A DNA stretch of 31,642 nucleotides from a virus. Taxonomy: Duplodnaviria > Caudoviricetes. The notes beneath the pieces are model-generated. The model worked only from the letters and a program-made list of their open reading frames with translations. It was not told where the DNA came from and ran no database searches. The position numbers and the translations under genes are program-made. The DNA is taken from the IMG/VR virus record IMGVR_UViG_3300011339_000076, positions 1 through 31,642 of that record; one strand, given 5' to 3'. Shown one piece after another: positions 7,938 through 17,231 of this stretch (position 1 is its first letter; each line of letters begins with the position of its first letter).

Positions 7938-10120
7938 ACATGAACGAACTCCCAATCAGCACCGACATCTCAGCGCAGGAGCCGATGGACGATGACGAGT
8001 TGCAGGCGATCATCACGCAGGACATTACCGACGCGATCAGTTACATCGACACCGATATCTCTCCAACCCGCGCCCGTGGCACTGAGTATTACCGCGGCGA
8101 TCCCTTTGGGAATGAGGAAGAGGGGCGTTCCCAGGTCGTGGCGATGGAGGTCCGCGACACAGTCAGCGCGATGCTGCCAAGCCTGATGCGTGTGTTTTTT
8201 AGCACTGAGAATGTTGTCGAGTACACCCCACAGGGTCCTGAAGACGTAGAGAGTTCCAAGCAGGCCACCGACTACGCCAACTTCATCTTCACCAAGGACA
8301 ACAACGGTTTCATGACCACCTACGCGATCTTTAAGGATGCGTTGGTGCGTAAATGCGGAATCGCAAAGTACTGGTGGGAGGATGTGGAAAGCGTCCGAAT
8401 CGAAGAGTACAGCGGACTGGATGACCAAACCCTGCAACTTTTAGAGGATGAGGCCGCTGAGGTCAAGATTGTTGTCTCGTACCCCGACCCTGCGTTTGAG
8501 AAGCAGATGCAGCAGATGTTGCCAGAGATCGACCCGATGACCGGTCAGCCCGTCCCAATGCCACCACCCCCGATGCTGCACGACGTGCAGATCAAGCGCG
8601 TGATGAAGGACGGACGGATCAAGATCATGGCCGTGCCGCCCGAAGAATTACTGCTTGACCGTCGCGCACGTTCCTTTGACGATGCCAGCATCATCGCCCA
8701 CCGAAAGATGGCGACTGTTGCCGAGTTGCTGTCAATGGGCTACGACCAGGACGAGATCGAGGAGAACATCAGTTCCACAGACTTGGACAACAACGAGGAA
8801 TACCTGGCTCGCCAGCCCCTATCCACCACCTTCGGAACCAACGACTCTGCCAACCCAATGCAGCGTCGCGCCCTGTACATCGAGGCATACGCTCGGATTG
8901 ATTATGACGGTGACGGTATCCCTGAGTTGCGCAAGATTTGCTGTATCGGTGCAGGCTACAAGGTTGTCCGCAACTTACCTGCGTCTTACAACCCGTTCGT
9001 GGACTTCCCTTGCGACCCAGAGCCACACACCTCACCACTTGAGGCGATGTCCATTTTTGACATTACGCACGACATCCAAGAGATCAAGTCCGAGATTCTG
9101 CGCAACACCCTTGACTCTTTGGCACAGGCCATCCACCCCCGCACCGCGGTGGTCGAGGGTCAGGTCAACATGGATGATGTGCTGAACAACGAGACTGGGG
9201 CAGTGATCCGTATGCGTGCGCCTGGAATGGTTCAGCCGTTTTCCACCCCGTTTGTCGGACAGGCAGCGTTCCCAATGCTGGACTACATCGACCAGATCAA
9301 GGAAGACCGCACCGGCATGAGCAAGGCGGCGATGGGTCTTAATGCTGACGCACTGCAATCCAGCACCAAGGCGGCAGTCAATGCCACCATCAGCGCAAGC
9401 CAAGGTCGGATTGAACTCACGGCACGCCTGATGGCCGAGGGCATGAAGAAACTCTTTAAGGGCATCCTGTTCCTGATGACTACGCACCAGGACAAGCCTC
9501 GGATGATCCGTCTGCGCAACGACTTTGTGGAGATCGACCCCCGTGCTTGGAACTCCAACATGGACGTGAACATCAATATCGGTCTTGGCAACGGCGACAT
9601 GAACGAGCGTATGCAGGCACTGATGATGATCTCTGCAAAACAGCAGGAGGCTCTGACCCAACTCGGACCACAGAACCCGCTGGTGACTCCATCCCAGTAT
9701 TCCTACACATTGCGCAAGATCGTGGAGATGTCCGGCTTTGCCGACACCAGCCAGTACTTCAACGCGATCCCTGCCGACTACCAGCCACCAGCCCCACCAG
9801 CACCAAAACCAACTCCCGAAGAGGTGCTGGCAGAGGTTCAGGCCAAGTCAATTGAGGCCGACATTCAGAAGAAGGCGGCTGAGTTGGAACTCAAGCGCGA
9901 TCAGATGATTCGTGACGATGACTTCCGTCGTGACCAAATGGCACAAGATGGACTACTAAAGAAATACGAACTTGAGTTAAAGTACAACACACAGATCAGT
10001 ACTGCGGAGATTAAGGCTGCGCAGGACATGGATCGAGAAGTATTGCAGCAACAGGCAAATATCGTCAATCAGGCGATGCAACCTATGGCTGCGCCCATCA
10101 ACCCTACAGGAATGGCGTAA
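7934..10120 (+). CDS. Portal protein (P22-like head-tail connector)
   Basis: 728 aa; YYRG..FGNEEEGRSQVV and FKDALVRKCGIAKYWWE; coiled-coil C-terminal barrel; located between terL and scaffold/capsid. Confidence 0.88.
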   Translation: MNMNELPISTDISAQEPMDDDELQAIITQDITDAISYIDTDISPTRARGTEYYRGDPFGNEEEGRSQVVAMEVRDTVSAMLPSLMRVFFSTENVVEYTPQGPEDVESSKQATDYANFIFTKDNNGFMTTYAIFKDALVRKCGIAKYWWEDVESVRIEEYSGLDDQTLQLLEDEAAEVKIVVSYPDPAFEKQMQQMLPEIDPMTGQPVPMPPPPMLHDVQIKRVMKDGRIKIMAVPPEELLLDRRARSFDDASIIAHRKMATVAELLSMGYDQDEIEENISSTDLDNNEEYLARQPLSTTFGTNDSANPMQRRALYIEAYARIDYDGDGIPELRKICCIGAGYKVVRNLPASYNPFVDFPCDPEPHTSPLEAMSIFDITHDIQEIKSEILRNTLDSLAQAIHPRTAVVEGQVNMDDVLNNETGAVIRMRAPGMVQPFSTPFVGQAAFPMLDYIDQIKEDRTGMSKAAMGLNADALQSSTKAAVNATISASQGRIELTARLMAEGMKKLFKGILFLMTTHQDKPRMIRLRNDFVEIDPRAWNSNMDVNINIGLGNGDMNERMQALMMISAKQQEALTQLGPQNPLVTPSQYSYTLRKIVEMSGFADTSQYFNAIPADYQPPAPPAPKPTPEEVLAEVQAKSIEADIQKKAAELELKRDQMIRDDDFRRDQMAQDGLLKKYELELKYNTQISTAEIKAAQDMDREVLQQQANIVNQAMQPMAAPINPTGMA

Positions 10121-10375
10121 ATGAATGATGAAGAAATAGTTCGCAAAGGCTTGAAGGCAAAACAGTTCTTGGAGGATGAATCCTTCAACACTGCCATCAG
10201 CAAGATGGAGGCAGATCAGGTCTGGATTTTCAAGTCTACCAAGCCGGAGGAGTCAGCCAAGCGTGAGATCGCCTGGTCTACGCTCAAGGCAATTGAGAAT
10301 CTGAAAATAGAATTATCGAAAATGATGGACAACGCAAAGGTGGCACAACGTGCCATCGAGCGTGTCAGTAAGTAA
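10121..10375 (+). CDS. Small conserved head-module protein
   Basis: 84-aa helical ORF abutting the portal stop; typical position between portal and scaffold. Confidence 0.7.
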   Translation: MNDEEIVRKGLKAKQFLEDESFNTAISKMEADQVWIFKSTKPEESAKREIAWSTLKAIENLKIELSKMMDNAKVAQRAIERVSK

Positions 10376-10388
10376 TTAGAAAGCAGCC

Positions 10389-11384
10389 ATGTCAACACCA
10401 ACCCCACAAGGAAGTGTCCCAGCAGGGCCAATGAGTATCACCGAAGCGGTGAATGCAATCTCTTCAATACTGCCCGATGAGGGAGAACAGTCAATTGACG
10501 AGGCGCAAATAGAGGAGGAGCAATCCGACTCTGCGGCGTTGGACGAAGAATTATCGGAGAGTGCAGACGCAGCCGATGATGAAACGAACGACGAACAGTC
10601 TGAAGAAAGTGAAGAATCCGAAGAGGAAAGCCAGCCACAGACCTTCACCGTCAAAGTTGACGGACAAGAAGTATCGGTGACATTGGATGAACTCCAAAAA
10701 GGTTACTCACGGACACAAGACTACACACGGAAGACCCAGCAAATTGCCGAAGTGCGAAAGCAAGTCGAGCAGGAGGCTGAAGCAATCCGTGCCGAGCGTA
10801 GTCAGTACGCACAGTTACTTGGAGCGTTGCAAGTTCAAGTTCAGCAAGCAGCCGAGCCACAGATCGACTGGGACCGCCTCTACCAAGAGGACCCCATCGA
10901 ATGGGTACGGCAGAAAGAGGTGATGCGTGAAAACCAAGAGAAGGCACGTGCTATTCAATCCGAACAGCAACGGCTTAATCAGATTTCACAGCAGGAGCAA
11001 GCACAGACGATGCAACAGTTTCTCGCTCACGAGCAAGAGCAGTTGCTGAAGGCACTGCCTCAATGGAGCGATCCTGAGAAGGCAAAGGCCGAGAAGTCTA
11101 TGCTGATTGAGTTTGGCCAAAAGGCTGGATTTGCACCTGATGAACTGAAGAACATATTCGACCACCGAGTCGTGTCGGTGCTGCGTAAAGCGGCCCTGTA
11201 CGAGCAGATGATGTCCAAAAGGGGCAACATCAAACCGGTAGTCAACAACGGCCCTCGCCCTGCCAAGCCTGGTGCAGCAGGTCGCGTCTCACAGTCAACT
11301 GGGAATGCTCTCGCACAAAAGCGTCTTGCAAAAACCGGTCGCGTCCAAGACGCAGCCGCCGCAATTGAACTTCTACTGAAATGA
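10389..11384 (+). CDS. Capsid scaffolding protein
   Basis: Acidic N-terminus, VKVDGQEVSVTLDELQKGYSRTQDYTRKTQ motif, coiled coil; directly upstream of the capsid gene. Confidence 0.85.
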   Translation: MSTPTPQGSVPAGPMSITEAVNAISSILPDEGEQSIDEAQIEEEQSDSAALDEELSESADAADDETNDEQSEESEESEEESQPQTFTVKVDGQEVSVTLDELQKGYSRTQDYTRKTQQIAEVRKQVEQEAEAIRAERSQYAQLLGALQVQVQQAAEPQIDWDRLYQEDPIEWVRQKEVMRENQEKARAIQSEQQRLNQISQQEQAQTMQQFLAHEQEQLLKALPQWSDPEKAKAEKSMLIEFGQKAGFAPDELKNIFDHRVVSVLRKAALYEQMMSKRGNIKPVVNNGPRPAKPGAAGRVSQSTGNALAQKRLAKTGRVQDAAAAIELLLK

Positions 11385-11393
11385 GGCACTTAA

Positions 11394-12356
11394 ATGGCTA
11401 TTGTTGCTAATACCTTTACCACCTACTCTGCCAAGGGTATCCGTGAAGACCTTTCCAATGTAATTACAAACATCTCCCCTGAAGAGACACCTTATATGTC
11501 CAACATTGGACGTGAGAATGTTTCTAACAGTTTGTTTGAATACCAAACCGACGTTTTGGCCGCAGCCGCTGCCAATGCTCAACTTGAGGGTGACGACGTT
11601 ACCTCGTTTGACGCAGTGACTGCCACTGTCCGTCTGCAAAACTACGCTCAAATCTCTCGCAAGACAATCATCTTGTCCGCGACTGAAGAGACTGTAAATA
11701 AAGCAGGCCGTCGTTCTGAGTTGGCTTATCAGATCGCCAAGCGCGGCTCTGAGTTGAAGCGTGACCAAGAGTTCAGTATGCTGAACAGCCAAGTTGCTGC
11801 CGCTGGTAGCACTACTGCTGCTCGTACTACTGCTTCTTTGCAAGCGTTCCTGAAGACTAACGTTGATATGCAGACCAACGGTGCAAGCCCATCGTACACA
11901 ACCTTGCCAAGCAGCGCACGTACAGACGGAAACGTTCGTACCTTCACTGAGACAATTTTGAAGAACGTCATCCAGCAAGTATGGACTTCTGGCGGCACTC
12001 CAAAAATCTTGATGGTTGGTCCTGTCAACAAGCAGCGCGTATCCGGCTTCTCCGGCATTGCATCTTCTCGTTTCAACATTGATGGTGGCGCACGTCCTGC
12101 CACCATCGTTGGCGCAGCAGACGTTTATGTCAGCGACTTCGGTAACGTGCAAGTTGTGCCTAACCGCTTCCAACGTGAGCGTGACGCTTTCGTGATCGAT
12201 CCTGATTACGCAAAGATGACCGTCCTCCGTCCTTACCAACAAGTTGAGTTGGCTAAGACTGGTGACGCTGAGAAGCGTATGTTGATCGTTGAGTTCGGTC
12301 ACAAGGTGTTGGCAGAAACTGCCCACGGCATTGCTGCTGACTTGACTACTTCTTAA
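11394..12356 (+). CDS. Major capsid protein (DUF5309/SU10-like)
   Basis: GIREDLSNVITNISPEETP, NYAQISRK, ELKRDQE, YVSDFG and LAKTGDAEK motifs; strongly biased codons; followed by a terminator. Confidence 0.92.
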   Translation: MAIVANTFTTYSAKGIREDLSNVITNISPEETPYMSNIGRENVSNSLFEYQTDVLAAAAANAQLEGDDVTSFDAVTATVRLQNYAQISRKTIILSATEETVNKAGRRSELAYQIAKRGSELKRDQEFSMLNSQVAAAGSTTAARTTASLQAFLKTNVDMQTNGASPSYTTLPSSARTDGNVRTFTETILKNVIQQVWTSGGTPKILMVGPVNKQRVSGFSGIASSRFNIDGGARPATIVGAADVYVSDFGNVQVVPNRFQRERDAFVIDPDYAKMTVLRPYQQVELAKTGDAEKRMLIVEFGHKVLAETAHGIAADLTTS

Positions 12357-12369
12357 AAGTAAAGGGAAA

Positions 12370-12396
12370 GGGCCAGGGAAACCTGGCTCTTTTTTT
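12370..12396 (+). terminator. Rho-independent terminator after the capsid gene
   Basis: GGGCCAGG-GAAA-CCTGGCTC stem-loop followed by T7. Confidence 0.85.
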
Positions 12397-12398
12397 AG

Positions 12399-12713
12399 AT
12401 GATTGAATCCAAAAATTTTGATCGCAATGATGCCTTGGGCATCAATCGCACATGGCACTACAACACGGAAACCGATGAGGCGACCATTGAAACCAAGCAG
12501 GACATCACTGCGATCATTGAAGAGAACAAGCAGGACTTCAACCTGCAAGAAAAGCACTCCAAGTATGGCGAGTGGAATAAGGTTGCGAGCATCCCTTTGA
12601 GCATCTACTTCAAGTTAAAACAAGAGGGAAAACTTGATGACCAAGCCTACATGAAGAGATTTCTAAACGATCCCGAAAACCGTTACTTTAGAACCCGTCC
12701 AGGAGAGGTTTGA
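12399..12713 (+). CDS. Conserved hypothetical phage protein
   Basis: 104-aa ORF with KVASIPL...FLNDPENRYFRT, resembling the small gene that follows the capsid gene in similar phages. Confidence 0.75.
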   Translation: MIESKNFDRNDALGINRTWHYNTETDEATIETKQDITAIIEENKQDFNLQEKHSKYGEWNKVASIPLSIYFKLKQEGKLDDQAYMKRFLNDPENRYFRTRPGEV

Positions 12714-13171
12714 TGGCTAGACCTCTTATTCCAATATCTGAAAAAATTGAAAGATCAATTGTTCGCATACCTGAAAGTGGATGCTGGATATGGATGAAGA
12801 AAGTCAATCATCGTGGATACGGAATGACTTGTCTTGGAAGGGGTTCAAATTTATCTGCCCATAGAGCCTCTTATGAGTCCAAATATAGGGTGATACCAGA
12901 TGGGATGATGGCATTGCATATTTGCGACACCAGTTCTTGCGTGAACCCAGATCATATTTTTATTGGTACGCAGCAAGACAACATGACGGATAAAGTTCTT
13001 AAAGGAAGACAGGCAAATGGCGAGAAGCATAGGATGTCAAAACTCAAAGAATTTGAAGCAAGAGAGATAAAGTACAGCGAAGAAAAAACCTCTAAACTTG
13101 CACTAAGATTTAATTGTTCACCCGTGATGATTAGACAAATACGTCAAGGTAAATACTGGAAACATATATAA
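12713..13171 (+). CDS. HNH homing endonuclease (HNH_3-type)
   Basis: SGCWIW, GYG, AHRASY, LHICDTSSCVNPDHIFIGTQQDN; C-terminal HTH; AT-rich; TGATG overlap. Confidence 0.9.
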   Translation: MARPLIPISEKIERSIVRIPESGCWIWMKKVNHRGYGMTCLGRGSNLSAHRASYESKYRVIPDGMMALHICDTSSCVNPDHIFIGTQQDNMTDKVLKGRQANGEKHRMSKLKEFEAREIKYSEEKTSKLALRFNCSPVMIRQIRQGKYWKHI

Positions 13172-13173
13172 AA

Positions 13174-13839
13174 ATGGTTCAACCAAATTACATTGCAGTC
13201 TGCACCCCAGCGCGTGACATGGTCCACGCAAACTACACCTATTGCATGGTCAACATGGTGGCCTATCACACGCTGAACACCACAGACGCAATTGCTCTGA
13301 AGATCATGCAGGGTACGTTGATCCAAAACCAACGAGCAGACCTTTGCCTTGACGCGATGCGCGAGAACTGCACCCACGTGCTGTTCGTTGACTCAGACAT
13401 GACATTCCCACAAGACATGATCGAGAGGCTGCTAAAGCACGACCTTGACATCGTGGCAACCAACTGCGCACGTCGCAGGATGCCAACAGGCCCAACGGCT
13501 CAGAAGTACGGCCCTGACGGAGAGCGCGAGTTGATCTACACAATGCCCGAATCTACAGGCGTTGAGGAAGTTGGCAGCATCGGGATGGGCGTGATGCTCA
13601 TCAAGCGTAACGTCTTTGAGGCGTTGACAGAGCCTTGGTTTGAGACTCCTTGGCGCACCGATAAACGCGGCTACATCGGCGAGGATGTTTTCTTCTGCCG
13701 CAAGGCACAGGCCGCAGGGTTTAAGATATGGATTGACCACGACGTGTCCAAAGAAATTGGCCACATCGGGACGTTTGAATTCAAGCACGACCACACATGG
13801 GTCATGCGTGACCTTGAGGAAAAGGAAAAGGCTACCTAA
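13174..13839 (+). CDS. Glycosyltransferase, GT-A fold
   Basis: IAVCTP, THVLFVDSDM (DxD), GMGVMLIKRNVFE, GEDVFFC, GHIG. Confidence 0.82.
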   Translation: MVQPNYIAVCTPARDMVHANYTYCMVNMVAYHTLNTTDAIALKIMQGTLIQNQRADLCLDAMRENCTHVLFVDSDMTFPQDMIERLLKHDLDIVATNCARRRMPTGPTAQKYGPDGERELIYTMPESTGVEEVGSIGMGVMLIKRNVFEALTEPWFETPWRTDKRGYIGEDVFFCRKAQAAGFKIWIDHDVSKEIGHIGTFEFKHDHTWVMRDLEEKEKAT

Positions 13840-14459
13840 TGGCTCTAACGACATACACCGAACTCAAGGCATCAGTAGCGGACTGGCTTGTCCGTGCCGA
13901 CCTGACGGCTGCAATCCCTGACTTTATCTCTCTGGCCGAGGCTCAGATTGAACGCAACTTGCGTACACGTCAGATGATTGTTCGTGCCGATGCGTTTATC
14001 AACAGCGAGTACAGCGCAGTACCTGACGACTTCCTTGCGACACGGGCTTTTAAGTTAAATACAAACCCAGGTACTCCGATGCAGTTTGAGACTATGGACT
14101 CGTTGGATGTATTGGCATCACGCACAAACGCGGCAGGCAAACCAATTTACTTCAGCATCGTCGGGAGTCAGATTCGCGTTGTCCCAGCCCCCGACACAGC
14201 GTACACAGGCGAACTTACCTACTACGCAAAGTTAACTAAGTTATCAAGTACTGTTGCAACAAACTTCCTGTTGACCTCATCCCCTGACATCTACTTGTAC
14301 GGCGCACTCTTACAGGCCGCGCCTTACCTACAGGACGATGCACGTATCTCTGTCTGGTCTGCGCTGTACCTTGCTGGAATAGAGCAACTGCAACTTGCAG
14401 ATGATCGAATCACAACATCGGGCGGTTCTCTGACTGCGCGAGCAAGAACACTGGGGTAG
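13839..14459 (+). CDS. Head-tail adaptor / tail tubular A-like protein
   Basis: MALTTYTELKASVADWL..DLTAAIPDFISLAE and PDIYLYGALLQAAPYL; position after the capsid gene. Confidence 0.75.
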   Translation: MALTTYTELKASVADWLVRADLTAAIPDFISLAEAQIERNLRTRQMIVRADAFINSEYSAVPDDFLATRAFKLNTNPGTPMQFETMDSLDVLASRTNAAGKPIYFSIVGSQIRVVPAPDTAYTGELTYYAKLTKLSSTVATNFLLTSSPDIYLYGALLQAAPYLQDDARISVWSALYLAGIEQLQLADDRITTSGGSLTARARTLG

Positions 14460-14461
14460 AA

Positions 14462-14653
14462 ATGCTAATCACAACGACCAAAGGCGAAATGGATGACTCC
14501 CTACTTGAGAAAAAAGAGGGGATAATTGATACTGAGAACGAGACAACTCGGTGGGTCGAGTACTGGCAGAACAATGAACTTGTTCACCGTTCCGTTGATA
14601 TGACTTTGAAACGCAACGTTGCAACACTAGCCGTTGCTCAACCTTTAGGGTAA
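14462..14653 (+). CDS. Small hypothetical protein (63 aa)
   Basis: Compact ORF tightly packed between neighbours; WVEYW...ELVHRSV. Confidence 0.7.
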   Translation: MLITTTKGEMDDSLLEKKEGIIDTENETTRWVEYWQNNELVHRSVDMTLKRNVATLAVAQPLG

Positions 14654-14655
14654 TC

Positions 14656-15150
14656 GTGGCCGGAAAACCAAAACAATCAGAAGTGGATAGGTTTATGTCT
14701 CATGTGCATAAACATGATTCTGGTTGTTGGTTGTGGACAGCGTATCGTATGAAAAGTGGATATGGTAATTTTAGGACTCCACTTAAACATGAGTTGTCTC
14801 ATAGGACTTCATATCGTCTGTTTAATGGTCAGCTTGACACAAGAGAAGTAATGCATCAATGCGATACACCAAGCTGTGTAAATCCCAATCATTTGGTTTT
14901 AGGGACTAGATTGGAAAATATGCAAGATGCAAAGCGCAAGGGAAGAATGTGCATTGGTGAGCGTCACGGAAGATCAAAGCTAACAGATGAACAAGTTGAA
15001 TTTATAAGAAAATCAAGTAAACTTCAAAGAGAAATTGCAGTTGAATTTGGAATTACACAAAGTCATGTGAGTTGCTTGAAAAATAGTAAACAACGGCAAA
15101 GTCAAAAACTTAAATTGGGCATAGCCCAAGAAGGGAACCATTATTTCTAA
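14656..15150 (+). CDS. HNH homing endonuclease (HNH_3-type)
   Basis: SGCWLW, SGYG, SHRTSY, MHQCDTPSCVNPNHLVLGTRLEN; C-terminal HTH; AT-rich; GTG start. Confidence 0.9.
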   Translation: MAGKPKQSEVDRFMSHVHKHDSGCWLWTAYRMKSGYGNFRTPLKHELSHRTSYRLFNGQLDTREVMHQCDTPSCVNPNHLVLGTRLENMQDAKRKGRMCIGERHGRSKLTDEQVEFIRKSSKLQREIAVEFGITQSHVSCLKNSKQRQSQKLKLGIAQEGNHYF

Positions 15151-15160
15151 TACCCAAGCA

Positions 15161-15598
15161 ATGTGTACCTCGTTCAAGGGCGAGTTATTGGTCGGCCATC
15201 ACAATTTTGGTACTGGTGTAGTCCGTGCGGCCACAACTGCTGACTCATTCAAAGCAGCCCTGTACTTGGCATCTGCCACAGTCAACGCGGCCACAACAGC
15301 CTACTCAGCCTCTAATGAGGTATCAGGGACTGGGTACACGGCTGGCGGTGTTGCTGTGACGTTTGGCACTGTTCCAAGCACAAGTGGAACAACGGCGTTT
15401 GTCACCCCAAGCGCAAGTATCTCTTACTCTGCCGTGACTCTCTCCACAGCCTTTGACGCGGTATTGATCTACAACTCGACCCAATCCAACAAGGCAGTAA
15501 GCGTTCACACCTTTGGCTCTCAGACAGTGACGGCTGGCACGTTCACTCTGACAATGCCAACAAACGACGCAAGCACCGGCCTGATTCGGCTGGCTTAA
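15161..15598 (+). CDS. Virion structural protein (Ser/Thr/Ala-rich beta protein)
   Basis: CTSFKGELL, FKAALY, NEVSGTGYTAGG, LIYN, FG..TVTAGTFTL. The frame is open upstream to 15125 (reads ..IISNTQAM), so the start is uncertain. Confidence 0.75.
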   Translation: MCTSFKGELLVGHHNFGTGVVRAATTADSFKAALYLASATVNAATTAYSASNEVSGTGYTAGGVAVTFGTVPSTSGTTAFVTPSASISYSAVTLSTAFDAVLIYNSTQSNKAVSVHTFGSQTVTAGTFTLTMPTNDASTGLIRLA

Positions 15599-15613
15599 CA
15601 CGGGAGCAGCGGC

Positions 15614-16492
15614 ATGGCTGCTTACGGCACAGGCTATTACGGCAGGGGAGCCTATGGCATAGGTAACGTTGTCATTAGTGGCAACTCGTCTACCTCTGCC
15701 GTCGGCACGTTGCTGGCCAACCGATCAATCCAAGAGGATGGGATGATTGCCACCGGCAATGTCGGTACGATACTTTTTATAGGGACTGCAGCCCTTACGG
15801 GTCATGCGGCCCAAGGTGCTGTTGGTAGCGTTACAACATCTAGAACTATCCAAGAAAATGGCAATGCTGCTACCTGTGCTGTTGGCAGCGTTTCGGTATT
15901 AACATCTGTTCAAGAAAATGGAAATGAGTCAACTTTATCTGTTGGCAGCGTTTCGACATCAACATCTGCCCAAGCAGATGGAAACGAATCAACTTTATCT
16001 GTTGACAGCGTTTTAGCGTCAAGATCTGTTCAAGAAGACGGAACAATTGCCACAGGCAATGTTGGAACAATCGGGCTGTCTGTATCTATTGCCATCACTG
16101 GCAATGCAGCCACAGGTGCTGTTCAATCCGTCTTTGTATCGCCAATTATTACAGGCAACAGCGTAACGGGTGCTGTCGGCACAATGCTTACCGAGGTTAT
16201 CTCGTTCCAGTACATTACTGGAGTTGACGGCACTGGCTCAGTTGGCTCTGCCACAAATAGCGTATCTATTGCGATAATTGGTGTACAGACTGCTTGTTCA
16301 GTCGGGACAATGATTGGGTTCGGATGGGGTGCAGTTCCTGATACGTCAGAGTCCTGGTCGCCAATTTCAGATACATCAGAGACTTGGACTGTGGTTGCAG
16401 ATACGTCAGAGACTTGGAATCCGATTTCTGATACGTCAGAAACTTGGACTACTGTGGCAGATAATTCGACAACGTGGCAAGAAGCCGCATAA
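15614..16492 (+). CDS. Repetitive Ser/Thr/Gly-rich virion protein
   Basis: YG-rich N-terminus, 20-aa internal repeats and C-terminal 10-aa DTSETW repeats; GGGAG SD. Confidence 0.75.
   Translation: MAAYGTGYYGRGAYGIGNVVISGNSSTSAVGTLLANRSIQEDGMIATGNVGTILFIGTAALTGHAAQGAVGSVTTSRTIQENGNAATCAVGSVSVLTSVQENGNESTLSVGSVSTSTSAQADGNESTLSVDSVLASRSVQEDGTIATGNVGTIGLSVSIAITGNAATGAVQSVFVSPIITGNSVTGAVGTMLTEVISFQYITGVDGTGSVGSATNSVSIAIIGVQTACSVGTMIGFGWGAVPDTSESWSPISDTSETWTVVADTSETWNPISDTSETWTTVADNSTTWQEAA
15821..16060 (+). repeat. Coding tandem repeat, 60-nt period, 4 copies
   Basis: GTTG(G/A)(T/C)AGCGTT at 15821, 15881, 15941 and 16001. Confidence 0.85.
16340..16477 (+). repeat. Coding tandem repeat, 30-nt period, 5 copies
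   Basis: GATAC(G/A)TCAGA..(C/T)TGG at 16340, 16370, 16400 and 16430, degenerate at 16460. Confidence 0.9.
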
Positions 16493-16502
16493 GAGGTGAA
16501 AA

Positions 16503-17231
16503 ATGGCTGATACAACAACGACGAACCTACTCCTTACCAAACCCGAGGTTGGGGCTAGTACTGACACTTGGGGAACCAAGATCAATACCGACTTGGACTC
16601 TGTGGACGCAATCTTTACAGCCAATGGAACAGGTACATCGGTTGGCTTGAATGTTGGATCGGGTAAGGTTTTGACAGTTGGCGGTATCGCATCTCATGCA
16701 GCAGGCTCTGCGGCTGCGCCAACAATCACAGCCACAGGAGACACCAACACTGGAATGTTCTTCCCTGCCGCCGACACCATTGCTTTTGCTGAAGGTGGTG
16801 CGGAGGCTATGCGTATCAACTCCAGCGGTAACGTGGGGATTGGTAACGCCTCCCCCTCAACCAAGTTAGATGTCACTGGTACAGTCACCGCTACCACCTT
16901 TGCAGGAGCCGGAACAAGTCTAACAGGAACTGCCAATTCCTTAAATGCGGGTCTTGGTGTTAATCAGACTTGGCAAAGTGTTACAAGAGCCATAGGAACC
17001 ACATATACAAATTCAACTGGCAAGCCTATTACAGTTGCAATTACTGCGTCCTGTTCTGCTGGACTTTCAGTGCAAGGATTGACTATTAACGGAGTTGCTG
17101 TTTATGCGGCTTCTGTAAATGTTGCTACTGCCGCTTCTGGATTTTCTTTAATTGTTCCTGATGGTGCGACTTATGTGACTTTAACAAACGGTGGAACGCT
17201 AACTTTAGTAACTTGGGTGGAGTTAAGATAA
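16503..17231 (+). CDS. Tail fibre / receptor-binding protein
   Basis: N-terminal [18 protein letters not shown] anchor, [28 protein letters not shown] fibre repeat, C-terminal [20 protein letters not shown] module; GAGGTG SD. Confidence 0.8.
   Translation: MADTTTTNLLLTKPEVGASTDTWGTKINTDLDSVDAIFTANGTGTSVGLNVGSGKVLTVGGIASHAAGSAAAPTITATGDTNTGMFFPAADTIAFAEGGAEAMRINSSGNVGIGNASPSTKLDVTGTVTATTFAGAGTSLTGTANSLNAGLGVNQTWQSVTRAIGTTYTNSTGKPITVAITASCSAGLSVQGLTINGVAVYAASVNVATAASGFSLIVPDGATYVTLTNGGTLTLVTWVELR

Noticed and set aside
14656-15150. Group I intron surrounding the HNH
   Set aside because: The HNH ORF fills the whole insert, leaving no room for recognisable P/Q/R/S core elements.
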